A model generated the notes under the pieces. That model was given only the letters and a program-made list of their open reading frames with translations. It was not told the origin of the DNA and searched no databases. Source: Bacteroidia bacterium (GTDB taxonomy: Bacteria > Bacteroidota > Bacteroidia > Bacteroidales > Paludibacteraceae). From it: 64,000 bases of DNA. The DNA lies in NCBI GenBank assembly GCA_009930305.1, contig RZYM01000008.1:10817-74816 (forward strand), given 5' to 3'. Each line of letters opens with the position of its first letter. The first letter of the stretch is position 1. Positions 27,351 through 36,246 of the stretch are shown one piece after another. The position numbers were made by a program, and so were the translations under genes.

Positions 27351-28208
27351 TTAATTTTTGACATTTTTTTGCTTAGTATTGTTTAAGCGTACTCCATCAG
27401 GTTCTAACTGCACACAACATCTTTTGTATAAATCGCCTATAGCTTGTTTATAAGTTCTTTTGCTGATGCCGTAAGTTTGATATATCAACTCTGCCGAGCT
27501 TTTGTCTGTTGTTGGCAAAAAGCCTCCTGATTCTCTTAATTTTTCAAGTATACGTTCGGCTTCGCCTTTTACTTTACCATATCCACCTAAAGTTAATGAC
27601 AAATCTATTTTTGAATCAGGCCTGATGTGCTTAATAAATGCATTTATCGTATCCCCTACATGTATAGATCTAAAAACCTCATCTTCATACAAAAGCCCCA
27701 TGAATTTTCCATCAATGACAGCCTTATAACCTAATTCTGTTTTAGCTGCTATTTTTAGAGAGACTTCAGTTCCTTCTGATAAATCAGTAATATCTTTCTC
27801 TATAAATTTTTCCCATTTTGCTGATGCTACAATACGCTTTGTTTTTTCATCTAGATAGACATATACAAAAACTTTATTTCCAATATTCAAATCAGCTTTT
27901 TGCTCACTAAAAGGTACTAACAAATCTTTCATCAATCCCCAATCCAAAAAAGCTCCAACTGATGATGTATCTTTAACTTGTAGATATGCAAAATCACCGA
28001 CTTGTGCCAATGGCGTTTCTGTTGTTGCTATAACTCTATCTTCAGAATCGGTATATATAAAAACATTCAAGTATTCACCAATATTGCATTCTGTAGGCGC
28101 ATATCGCAATGGTAGTAATATTTCACCTAATTCGCCACCATCTAAATAAACTCCAAAATCGACTTGTTTAACAACTTCAAGAGCGTTTGTTTTTCCTATT
28201 TCTACCAT
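27351..28208 (-). CDS. S1-like RNA-binding protein (CvfB/YitL family)
   Basis: 285 aa. Repeated S1/OB-like segments and a C-terminal winged-helix-like tail (..SKRTYKQAIGDLYK). Confidence 0.75.
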   Translation of the reverse strand: MVEIGKTNALEVVKQVDFGVYLDGGELGEILLPLRYAPTECNIGEYLNVFIYTDSEDRVIATTETPLAQVGDFAYLQVKDTSSVGAFLDWGLMKDLLVPFSEQKADLNIGNKVFVYVYLDEKTKRIVASAKWEKFIEKDITDLSEGTEVSLKIAAKTELGYKAVIDGKFMGLLYEDEVFRSIHVGDTINAFIKHIRPDSKIDLSLTLGGYGKVKGEAERILEKLRESGGFLPTTDKSSAELIYQTYGISKRTYKQAIGDLYKRCCVQLEPDGVRLNNTKQKNVKN

Positions 28209-28220
28209 TTGATTTCCTCC

Positions 28221-29798
28221 TTAAAATTCACTTGAAAAATGGAATCTTATTTTTTTAAAATCTTCTTGAGCCATTTGTAATACATATCCGGAATCTGCTA
28301 AGAAAACATCACGACCCTCCTTATCTTTAGCCATAAACTGATATTTACGCTTCTTGAAGTTTTCAAGTTCAGCAGCATCATCACTTTCTACCCAACAAGC
28401 CTTATATAATCGTATAGGTTCCCAACGACATTGTGCATTATACTCATGTAGTAAACGATACTGAATTACTTCAAATTGTAATTGTCCTACCGTGCCAATG
28501 ATTTTCCTACCATTAAACTGATTCGTAAACAATTGCGCTACACCTTCATCCATCAACTGATCTATTCCTTTTTGTAATTGTTTTTGCTTCATTGGATCAG
28601 CATTCTCAATATACATAAACATTTCTGGAGAGAAACTTGGCAATCCTTTAAAATGTATATCCTCGCCTGAAGTCAGACTATCACCAATTTTAAAGTTACC
28701 ATTATCGGGCAAACCAACAATATCACCTGCATATGCTTCGTCTACAGTCTCTTTCTTTTGCGCCATAAATGCTGTCGGTGAAGCAAATTTCATCATTTTG
28801 CCAAAACGAATATGTTTGTAATTTACATTTCTCTCAAATTTTCCGGAACATATTTTTACAAATGCAATACAACTTCTGTGATTCGGATCCATATTTGCAT
28901 GAATCTTGAATATGAATCCGCTAAAATTATTTTCCATTGGATCTACGATTCTTTCTTCTGTTTCCACCGGACGAGGAGATGGTGCAATTTCGACAAAGCA
29001 ATCAAGCAATTCTTTTACACCGAAAGTATTTAAAGCACTACCAAAAAACACAGGAGCCAAATTACCATCAAGATAAGATTGAAAGTCAAAGGGCGAATAA
29101 ACACCGGAAATCAATTCCAAATCATCTCTTAATTTAATAGCATTCTTATCGCCTATATAATCTTCTAATTCTTTGCTATCCAAATTTTTAAAAGCAATAG
29201 TTTCGGAAATAGTTTGCTTATTCGGGGTATATAGGTTTAAATCTTCTTTATATATATTGTAAACTCCCTTAAAAGAAAATCCCATATTGATAGGCCAGCT
29301 AAGAGGACGCACTTTTATTCCGAGTTCTGATTCAACCTCATCAAGCAAATCAAAAGGATCTTTTCCTTCGCGGTCCATTTTGTTTATAAATACCATTACC
29401 GGTGTTTTACGCATCCTACAAACTTGCATAAGCTTACGTGTTTGAGTTTCAACACCTTTTGCAACATCTATTACAATAATTACGCTATCTACTGCTGTAA
29501 GAGTTCTGTATGTATCTTCTGCAAAATCTTGGTGTCCGGGAGTATCCAAAATGTTTATCTTATAATCTCTGTATTCAAAACCCATTACTGATGTTGCCAC
29601 AGAGATACCACGTTGCTTCTCTATTTCCATCCAGTCGGATGTAGCAGTCTTCTTAATCTTATTCGATTTTACAGCACCTGCAACATGTATTGCACCTCCA
29701 AACAATAGTAATTTTTCTGTCAGTGTGGTTTTTCCCGCATCAGGATGCGATATTATGGCGAAAGTCCGCCTCCGTTTAATCTCTTCTTGTAAATCCAT
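28221..29798 (-). CDS. prfC: peptide chain release factor 3
   Basis: GTPase motifs [24 protein letters not shown]. Start placed at ATG 29798 ([13 protein letters not shown]..). The track's GTG at 29816 overlaps the promoter element. Confidence 0.92.
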   Translation of the reverse strand: MDLQEEIKRRRTFAIISHPDAGKTTLTEKLLLFGGAIHVAGAVKSNKIKKTATSDWMEIEKQRGISVATSVMGFEYRDYKINILDTPGHQDFAEDTYRTLTAVDSVIIVIDVAKGVETQTRKLMQVCRMRKTPVMVFINKMDREGKDPFDLLDEVESELGIKVRPLSWPINMGFSFKGVYNIYKEDLNLYTPNKQTISETIAFKNLDSKELEDYIGDKNAIKLRDDLELISGVYSPFDFQSYLDGNLAPVFFGSALNTFGVKELLDCFVEIAPSPRPVETEERIVDPMENNFSGFIFKIHANMDPNHRSCIAFVKICSGKFERNVNYKHIRFGKMMKFASPTAFMAQKKETVDEAYAGDIVGLPDNGNFKIGDSLTSGEDIHFKGLPSFSPEMFMYIENADPMKQKQLQKGIDQLMDEGVAQLFTNQFNGRKIIGTVGQLQFEVIQYRLLHEYNAQCRWEPIRLYKACWVESDDAAELENFKKRKYQFMAKDKEGRDVFLADSGYVLQMAQEDFKKIRFHFSSEF

Positions 29799-29815
29799 AA
29801 TTCTAATTTGCAGCA

Positions 29816-29823
29816 CAAAGGTA
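29816..29823 (-). promoter_or_regulatory. -7 element TAccTTTG for the prfC operon
   Basis: + strand caaaggta gives minus-strand TACCTTTG, 17 nt upstream of ATG 29798. Confidence 0.5.
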
Positions 29824-29899
29824 ATTCTATTAGTTGAAATTTGATTATCACTTAGCCAAATATTTTAAATTACGCCATGTCGATTGTAAAAAAATTAGT

Positions 29900-29907
29900 T
29901 ACTTTTG
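29900..29907 (+). promoter_or_regulatory. -7 element TActTTTG for the unknown gene + aqpZ
   Basis: tacttttg lies 27 nt upstream of ATG 29935. Confidence 0.5.
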
Positions 29908-29934
29908 TTTCTTTAAACAATAAAAATAATAAAC

Positions 29935-30423
29935 ATGCAACGCTATTTTGAATGTAAAATCCGTTACGAAAAACAAATTACGGATACAAACGACAAGGAC
30001 TGTGGTAAAGTAAAAAAAATAACAGAAACATATTTGGTTGATGCACTCAGCTACACTGAAGCAGAAGCACGCATCGTCAAAGAAATGGCACAATACATAA
30101 AAGGAGAATATGGTATTACAGGTATAAAGCAAGCCAAATACGCAGAAATTTTTTACAAAGAGGATGACCTATGTGAAAATTGGTATGCTTGTAAAATAAA
30201 AATTACTCTAATAGACGAAAGCAGAGGAGTCGAGAAGAAAGTTCCACAAGCATTACTTGTCCGTGCAGAAAGTGTTGATGATGCATGGAAACGCTTAATG
30301 GAAGGTATGAAAGGTACAATGTCTGACTTCGAACTTACAGCAATAGGATTATGCCCAATTTTGGATTACTTCAGATACACTACTGATGCAGAAATAACTA
30401 AAAAGATAGAACTCACTAATTAA
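29935..30423 (+). CDS. conserved hypothetical protein (possibly the Bacteroidetes DUF4494 family; family name from memory, unverified)
   Basis: 162 aa, soluble, no catalytic motif recognised. Good coding look and its own promoter. Confidence 0.6.
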   Translation: MQRYFECKIRYEKQITDTNDKDCGKVKKITETYLVDALSYTEAEARIVKEMAQYIKGEYGITGIKQAKYAEIFYKEDDLCENWYACKIKITLIDESRGVEKKVPQALLVRAESVDDAWKRLMEGMKGTMSDFELTAIGLCPILDYFRYTTDAEITKKIELTN

Positions 30424-30433
30424 ATTTTAATAT

Positions 30434-31129
30434 ATGAAAAAGTATTTATGTGAATTAATCGGAACATTCGTCCTAGTATTTGGCGGATGTGGAACCGCTA
30501 TTTTTGCGGGTGGAAATGTGGGCTTTTTAGGCGTTGCATTAGCCTTTGGACTTACAATTGTTGCTATGGCATATGGGATAGGTGGCATTTCGGGTGCACA
30601 TTTAAATCCTGCAGTGTCATTTGGCATTTACATTAATGGTAAAATGTCAGGCAAAGATTTTGGAGGATATGTAATTGCCCAAGTTTTAGGTGGATTACTT
30701 GCATCTGCTATTCTATTTTTCATAGCTAAGAGTGCAAATATGGGAATAGGAACATTTGCAGCAAACGGATTTGATGAGTTTTTTAGCGATGCTGATGTAC
30801 TTGGGGGATATAAACAAATAAGTATGTTTGGAGCATTTATAGTAGAAGCACTGCTCACTTTTATCTTTTTAATGGTTATTCTTGGTGTTACAGACGAAAA
30901 AAACAAAGCTGTTAATAGTTTTGCTGGCTTAGCTATAGGATTAACATTAACCTTAATTCACCTTATCAGTATTCCACTAACAAACACATCAGTAAACCCT
31001 GCACGTTCAATCGGACAGGCTATATTTTCTGAAAACACTCTAGCCTTACCTCAATTATGGCTATTCATTGCAGCTCCTCTTTTTGGTGCCGGATTAGCCG
31101 GTTTGCTTTATAAATATCTAAAAAAATAG
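30434..31129 (+). CDS. aqpZ: aquaporin Z (MIP family water channel)
   Basis: 231 aa, six TM helices, two NPA boxes (HLNPAVS, SVNPARS). Confidence 0.92.
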   Translation: MKKYLCELIGTFVLVFGGCGTAIFAGGNVGFLGVALAFGLTIVAMAYGIGGISGAHLNPAVSFGIYINGKMSGKDFGGYVIAQVLGGLLASAILFFIAKSANMGIGTFAANGFDEFFSDADVLGGYKQISMFGAFIVEALLTFIFLMVILGVTDEKNKAVNSFAGLAIGLTLTLIHLISIPLTNTSVNPARSIGQAIFSENTLALPQLWLFIAAPLFGAGLAGLLYKYLKK

Positions 31130-31190
31130 TACCTAAATAGAATTAGGAAACTCAAATATTCCCTAATTAATAAGTATCGTAATAAAAGAA

Positions 31191-31223
31191 AATGGAGACA
31201 TATAAATGCCTCCATTCCTTTTT
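31191..31223. terminator. weak bidirectional hairpin between convergent genes
   Basis: aatggag...ctccatt (7 bp plus 2 inner pairs) followed by ccttttt. Lies between the aqpZ stop and the stop of the T9SS cargo gene. Confidence 0.35.
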
Positions 31224-31249
31224 ACTTTTAAACTGTATTATAATCCTGA

Positions 31250-31999
31250 TTATTTTACATTTAATTTTGTAGTTTTATCTCCTACTTTTACGATATATAT
31301 ACCTGCATTAACAGAGTAGCTAAATGAAGATGCTGTTTCAGAAACAACAAGTTTACCTGCAACATCATAAATAGAAATCAATTGTTCAGCATCAGCATTA
31401 ACAAAAATAGAACCATCATTTGAATAAATCTCAACATTGCTATTTTCAGTTTCTTCTACAGATGTTAAAATTTCAAAGTTAACTCCGAATTGAGCTTGCC
31501 AAGGTTGATAGGTAGCATCACCTAGCGTGATTTGCGCACCTTGATTTACAACGTAAGTATAATTTGTTGATGCAGTCCAATCCGGTGCAAAAAATACAGT
31601 AGTTTCTACAGGATGAATGTTATTGAGCAAATTTTCCGTTTCACCTTCTTTGAACAAAGCAACATTAGTAATCGCTATTTCAGAATTAGCCGGATTGCCG
31701 CCAAAATCGAACAATATGGTTGTAATCTCTGTCAAATCACCTTGAGGCAACATTGTGTTAGTTTTAACCACATCAGCACCTGTAGGTATTGCTTCTGCAG
31801 GTACCTCAAGGTAATTTTCATTTTGACCTGTTTTAAATAACTTGAAATATACACGCGGCAAATCTGTTGTATTAGAAATGGTGTACGAAAGTGTATAACT
31901 TTGAGTAGGATCAATAACTAATCCGCCTGCATAAACTGAACTTGACAAGAATAACATACTTGCCAAAAGTAACATAAATGATTTAGTAATCTTTTTCAT
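31250..31999 (-). CDS. secreted protein with T9SS type-A C-terminal sorting domain
   Basis: Signal peptide MKKITKSFMLLLASMLFLSSSVYA (start 31999; the track's upstream ATG at 32020 is the alternative). C-terminus ISIYDVAGKLVV...NAGIYIVKVGDKTTKLNVK matches the Por-secretion-tail pattern. The mature domain has no recognisable motif. Confidence 0.75.
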   Translation of the reverse strand: MKKITKSFMLLLASMLFLSSSVYAGGLVIDPTQSYTLSYTISNTTDLPRVYFKLFKTGQNENYLEVPAEAIPTGADVVKTNTMLPQGDLTEITTILFDFGGNPANSEIAITNVALFKEGETENLLNNIHPVETTVFFAPDWTASTNYTYVVNQGAQITLGDATYQPWQAQFGVNFEILTSVEETENSNVEIYSNDGSIFVNADAEQLISIYDVAGKLVVSETASSFSYSVNAGIYIVKVGDKTTKLNVK

Positions 32000-32046
32000 T
32001 GTAGTAAAATTTAAATTCATACTTATTCTTAATTAAAATAATCTTA

Positions 32047-32054
32047 CAAAGATA
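32047..32054 (-). promoter_or_regulatory. -7 element TAtcTTTG for the T9SS cargo gene
   Basis: + strand caaagata gives minus-strand TATCTTTG, 47 nt upstream of ATG 31999. Confidence 0.45.
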
Positions 32055-32286
32055 TTTAACTTTATTTACAATAGCAAACGTTTGAACTAATTTAACAATA
32101 AAAATTTAAGGCATATATCTATTGGCAATTTTGGCTGTCAGTTTTACAAGTATTTAGGCAAAAACTAAGCTAATCTACAACATATACTATAAAACATAAA
32201 GGCTAAAGTGTCAGACTTTATGTTGTAATTGTAATTTACTAAAAATAATGTTTCTAATTATCTATAATGAATCTTACACTTCGCGC

Positions 32287-32313
32287 GTAGTACTTGTAGT
32301 CGTTGTAGCTATA
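32287..32313. repeat. three tandem 9-bp units gtagtactt / gtagtcgtt / gtagctata
   Basis: Read directly from the sequence. It forms the only GC-richer island in a 530-bp ORF-free spacer. Confidence 0.5.
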
Positions 32314-32583
32314 AAACCATCGCAGATGCGATGAAAATAATTCCGTTTTCATAAGGATAGTGATTAATTAGTGATACTATTATGACAATTTTAATAATAA
32401 AGCAAAACTATACGATTAAATTTGAGTTTATAATTCGTTTTAAATAAATGATGAAACACAAAGAGTAGATTGTAATAGCAATAGGACAGCGCGCTAAGCA
32501 ATTACAAAATAAACGCAAGTATTTAGCAGATGTATTAGTATCTTCGCAATATGCAATTAAACTAAGACATACGCGTTTTTCTT

Positions 32584-33774
32584 TTACTGCACATTTAATC
32601 GTTGCCCTATTTTGATGACGTTGCTACGTAAATTATTGATGGAAATTAGCTTGGATACAGAGATGCCATAGCGTTTGGAGATAAGACCTAGATTTTCACC
32701 TTTTCTCACTATGTGAGTTGTAGATATAGCTTGATTGATAGGTGTTTGAACTTCCGTTTCGTTTGTCTTAGAGAATATCGAATCTTGTACTGACAAGAAT
32801 GCGCAAGTCAAATTTTGGGGTAAACGCAACGAGAATTGTTTCAATTTACTTCCCGGTATAATATCTTGCTTATACTGAGGATTTAGCATACGCAATTCAT
32901 CTATCGAAACATCTATGTGTTTTGCTATTGTATGCATACTAAGCGAATTATCTAACATAAGTGTATCCGTCATCATAGGCAGACATAAATTTGCAGGACA
33001 AATGCTATAATAGTCGGCATAATGCATTACATAATTAACCGCTATAAAAGCAGGAATATAGTTTCTGGTTTCGGTTGGCAGATATGGATATAAAGTCCAA
33101 TAATCTGTTTTACCTCCCGATCTTCTAATGGCTTTATTTATGCTTCCAGGTCCGCAGTTGTAGGCAGCTATAACTAGCTCCCAATTATTATATATTTTGT
33201 ATAAATCAGTAAGGTATTTTGCTGCAGCCCTAGTTGATTTTACAGGATCACGTCTTTCATCAACTAAACCGGTATTTTCCAAGCCATATAATCGGCCGGT
33301 GCTTGGAACAAACTGCCATAAACCTGCTGCGCCCGAACGAGAATGTGCCATGGGATTCAATGCCGATTCTATAACTGCAAGATATTTTAGTTCTGGTGGC
33401 AAACCATATTCTTCAAGAATGTCTTCTATCATAGGAAAATAGTAAGAAGCTAACGCCATTATCCTTGCAGTATATTTTTTGCCTTTCAATGCGTATCTGT
33501 CTATATAATTAGCAATAACTCGATTGTAAGTCATAGGAAATATATTAGGAATAGCAGACAAACGAGATGCACACTCGGTCGCATTGTGTATTATTGAAGA
33601 ATCGGAAGGAGTACAATCTTCCATCAATTTCAGTAAGCTTTCCCATTGATTAGTTTTATACTCGAATGTTGTATCAAATTGAGATACTATTTCCTTATTA
33701 TCCTCAACCGAATACGTAGGGATTGACAATAACAAAAACAAACCGGAGAATATAATAATCAAAACACTTTTCAT
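32584..33774 (-). CDS. lytic murein transglycosylase (MltD-like: SLT domain + C-terminal LysM)
   Basis: 396 aa. SLT catalytic region (AVIESALNPMAHSRSGAAGLWQF; AAYNCGPG). LysM (HIVRKGENLGLISKRYGISVSKLISINNL). Confidence 0.88.
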   Translation of the reverse strand: MKSVLIIIFSGLFLLLSIPTYSVEDNKEIVSQFDTTFEYKTNQWESLLKLMEDCTPSDSSIIHNATECASRLSAIPNIFPMTYNRVIANYIDRYALKGKKYTARIMALASYYFPMIEDILEEYGLPPELKYLAVIESALNPMAHSRSGAAGLWQFVPSTGRLYGLENTGLVDERRDPVKSTRAAAKYLTDLYKIYNNWELVIAAYNCGPGSINKAIRRSGGKTDYWTLYPYLPTETRNYIPAFIAVNYVMHYADYYSICPANLCLPMMTDTLMLDNSLSMHTIAKHIDVSIDELRMLNPQYKQDIIPGSKLKQFSLRLPQNLTCAFLSVQDSIFSKTNETEVQTPINQAISTTHIVRKGENLGLISKRYGISVSKLISINNLRSNVIKIGQRLNVQ

Positions 33775-34449
33775 TTAAAACCTCATTTTGCAACGAACAC
33801 CGAAAGCAGTTTCTGTTTCATGATTGATACTTGGAGGTAGTACTGCCGGTGCTATTTTAAAGGTCAAATCCGGACCAATATCATAATCATGCAATTGTGC
33901 ATCAACGTATGCATCAATAATTGTAAGTAAATATAAAACACCCGCACAAACAATAGATAAATCTCTATAACGCTGATATGTGTCTTGCTTACTTTTTATT
34001 ACTCGAGTATAATAATCTTTATTAGACGAATCTATCACGACTCCTGTCGGCAACAACCTTTCATACGCTCTCGAATCGGGGTCGTTATCAATAATGTCAA
34101 CATATCCTTTTCTGTAATCTACATACATCTGATTATTCCAACTTATAGCATAAGCTAAGCCCATAGCTCCACCATAAATAATAGGTAATTTCCAATACTG
34201 CCTATTATATATTTGGCCTAAACCGGGAACTACTGCTGCAAACCATACTGCCTTATCAGCATCCGGTTTAAACGGCTTTTTAACTACATTATAAGCCGAA
34301 TCAGGTAGTTGCATTACTTTTTTCTCAACAAAAACGCTGTCGGTTACAGCTAACTTTGCTGAATCCGACATAAGAACTTCTCCTGCAAAGGCTTGCAACG
34401 GCAGGATAAAAATAATAAGAAACCGTATGTAGCGTAAAGTATTACGCAT
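33775..34449 (-). CDS. DUF5683 domain-containing membrane protein
   Basis: Signal/TM start MRNTLRYIRFLIIFILPLQAFA (start 34449; the track's 34473 is the alternative). Motif VPGLGQIYNRQYWKLPIIYGG is typical of the family found after parB in Bacteroidales. Its stop abuts the mltD-like start. Confidence 0.75.
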   Translation of the reverse strand: MRNTLRYIRFLIIFILPLQAFAGEVLMSDSAKLAVTDSVFVEKKVMQLPDSAYNVVKKPFKPDADKAVWFAAVVPGLGQIYNRQYWKLPIIYGGAMGLAYAISWNNQMYVDYRKGYVDIIDNDPDSRAYERLLPTGVVIDSSNKDYYTRVIKSKQDTYQRYRDLSIVCAGVLYLLTIIDAYVDAQLHDYDIGPDLTFKIAPAVLPPSINHETETAFGVRCKMRF

Positions 34450-35323
34450 CTCGCATTTTATCGAATGTAGCAATCAAATTCTCCAATTCATCATCTGTAG
34501 AAAACTGTAAGCATATTCTGCCCTTACCTTTTGAATTCCGCTCTATATTAACAGCAGTTCCGAAAAGTTTAGAAAGTTTGCCGCACAATGACATATAGTC
34601 GGACACATCATTAACTTGCTTTTTAATAGTTTTATTTTCTATCTTATTTGATATATTATGCGCCATTTCTTCAACTTTGCGCACAGAATAGGCATTCTTA
34701 ATAATATCTTCATACAAACGTATCATTTCTGCAGTATCATCAATTGACACTAACGCTCTTGCGTGTCCCATGTCAATTTTTTTATATTTTATACCAAGTT
34801 GTATTTCTGCCGGCAATTTTAGTAAACGCAGATAATTTGAGATTGTAGCGCGCTTCTTTCCTACCCTATCACTTAATTTATCTTGAGTAAATTGATATTC
34901 ATCTATCAAACATTGATAACCTAATGCAATTTCAATGGCATTCAAATCCTCGCGTTGAATATTCTCAACCAAAGCCATTTCCATCATTGACTCATCATCA
35001 ACAGTTTTAATATATGCAGGTATGCGTTCTAATCCGGCCATTTTTGAAGCTCTGTAACGTCTTTCACCTGCAATAATTTGATATTTTCCTGAAGGCATCT
35101 CACGTAAAGTAATAGGTTGAACAACACCTATTTCCTTTATTGATGCTGATAACTCAGACAAAGCTTCTTCGTCAAAATGTGTTCGCGGCTGATTAGGATT
35201 TGCTTCAATCAATGATATTTCGACCTCACTTATAGAAGAAGAACCTTTTGTCTCTACTATATCATTGTTGATTAAAGCATCTAAGCCACGCCCTAAGGCT
35301 TGTTTCTTGTTATTGCTATTCAT
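34442..35323 (-). CDS. parB: chromosome partitioning protein ParB
   Basis: 293 aa. N-terminus ..LGRGLDALI, ParB box IIAGERRYRASKMAG, and an HTH segment. Confidence 0.92.
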   Translation of the reverse strand: MNSNNKKQALGRGLDALINNDIVETKGSSSISEVEISLIEANPNQPRTHFDEEALSELSASIKEIGVVQPITLREMPSGKYQIIAGERRYRASKMAGLERIPAYIKTVDDESMMEMALVENIQREDLNAIEIALGYQCLIDEYQFTQDKLSDRVGKKRATISNYLRLLKLPAEIQLGIKYKKIDMGHARALVSIDDTAEMIRLYEDIIKNAYSVRKVEEMAHNISNKIENKTIKKQVNDVSDYMSLCGKLSKLFGTAVNIERNSKGKGRICLQFSTDDELENLIATFDKMRDA

Positions 35324-35327
35324 TCAT

Positions 35328-36098
35328 TTATTTCTTTTCGTTTTTATTAATCAATTCCTGAGCCAATTGCATATGATTCTGAGCTCCTTTTGAATCGGCA
35401 TCATACAACAGAACAGGAACACCATGACTTGGGGATTCACTAAGTTTGATGTTACGTTGAATAATCGTATCGAAAACCATATTCTGGAAATGTTGTTTAA
35501 CTTCTGTATATACTTGATTGGCCAAGCGTAAACGGGCATCATACATTGTTAACAAAAAACCTTCTATTTCCAATTCAGGATTCAAACGACTTTTTATTAT
35601 TTTAATAGTATTCAGTAATTTACTAATACCTTCTAGTGCGTAGTATTCTGCTTGTACAGGAATAATTACCGAATCTGCAGCTGTTAAAACATTTACAGTT
35701 ATTAAACCTAAAGATGGCGAACAATCAATCAAAATATAATCATACACCTCTTTAAGCGGTACCAACATATTCTTCAAAAATTTTTCTCTGTTTTCCAACT
35801 TTAGCATCTCAATTTCTGCTCCAACCAAATCGATATGTGAAGGTAATATATCCAAGCCTTCTACCTCTGTCTTTACTATAGCCTTTTTGACATCAAGGCC
35901 ATTTATCAGACACTCATATATACTGTTTTCTAATGTTGTAACGTCAATGTTCAGACCAGATGAAGCATTTGCTTGAGGATCTGCATCAACTATTAATACT
36001 TTCTTTTCAAGAACAGCTAAGGATGCGCCAAGATTGACCGTAGTGGTAGTTTTTCCTACGCCGCCTTTTTGATTTGCCAATGCAATAATTTTTCCCAT
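35328..36098 (-). CDS. parA: chromosome partitioning ATPase ParA (Soj)
   Basis: 256 aa. Deviant Walker A ANQKGGVGKTTT. Confidence 0.92.
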   Translation of the reverse strand: MGKIIALANQKGGVGKTTTTVNLGASLAVLEKKVLIVDADPQANASSGLNIDVTTLENSIYECLINGLDVKKAIVKTEVEGLDILPSHIDLVGAEIEMLKLENREKFLKNMLVPLKEVYDYILIDCSPSLGLITVNVLTAADSVIIPVQAEYYALEGISKLLNTIKIIKSRLNPELEIEGFLLTMYDARLRLANQVYTEVKQHFQNMVFDTIIQRNIKLSESPSHGVPVLLYDADSKGAQNHMQLAQELINKNEKK

Positions 36099-36142
36099 AT
36101 AAATAATCTTTACTTTACTCCATTCTACATAAATCTAAACCG

Positions 36143-36150
36143 CAAAAGTA
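36143..36150 (-). promoter_or_regulatory. -7 element TActTTTG for the parAB operon
   Basis: + strand caaaagta gives minus-strand TACTTTTG, 44 nt upstream of ATG 36098. Confidence 0.5.
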
Positions 36151-36215
36151 GAAAAAAAAGGAATGATGCACATGTAAAAGTAATATAAAATTCCTTTATT
36201 CTCAGAGAAAAGTCG

Positions 36216-36223
36216 TATTTTTG
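36216..36223 (+). promoter_or_regulatory. -7 element TAttTTTG for pheS-lon
   Basis: tatttttg lies 23 nt upstream of ATG 36247. Confidence 0.5.
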
Positions 36224-36246
36224 CAACCGCGAGAAAATTTTAAAGC

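Noticed and set aside
32219-32511. 12/13-bp inverted repeat (tatgttgtaattg ... caattacaaaata) about 267 bp apart, considered as a Bacteroides-style invertible promoter
   Set aside because: My rough estimate is that about one such imperfect 13-mer inverted-repeat pair is expected by chance in 560 bp of AT-rich DNA. No site-specific recombinase gene is nearby, and the repeats are shorter than those of known invertible promoters.
34442-36246. Replication origin near parAB
   Set aside because: There is no dnaA or dnaN gene, and I saw no cluster of TTATCCACA-type DnaA boxes in the par-pheS intergenic region or elsewhere in the window.
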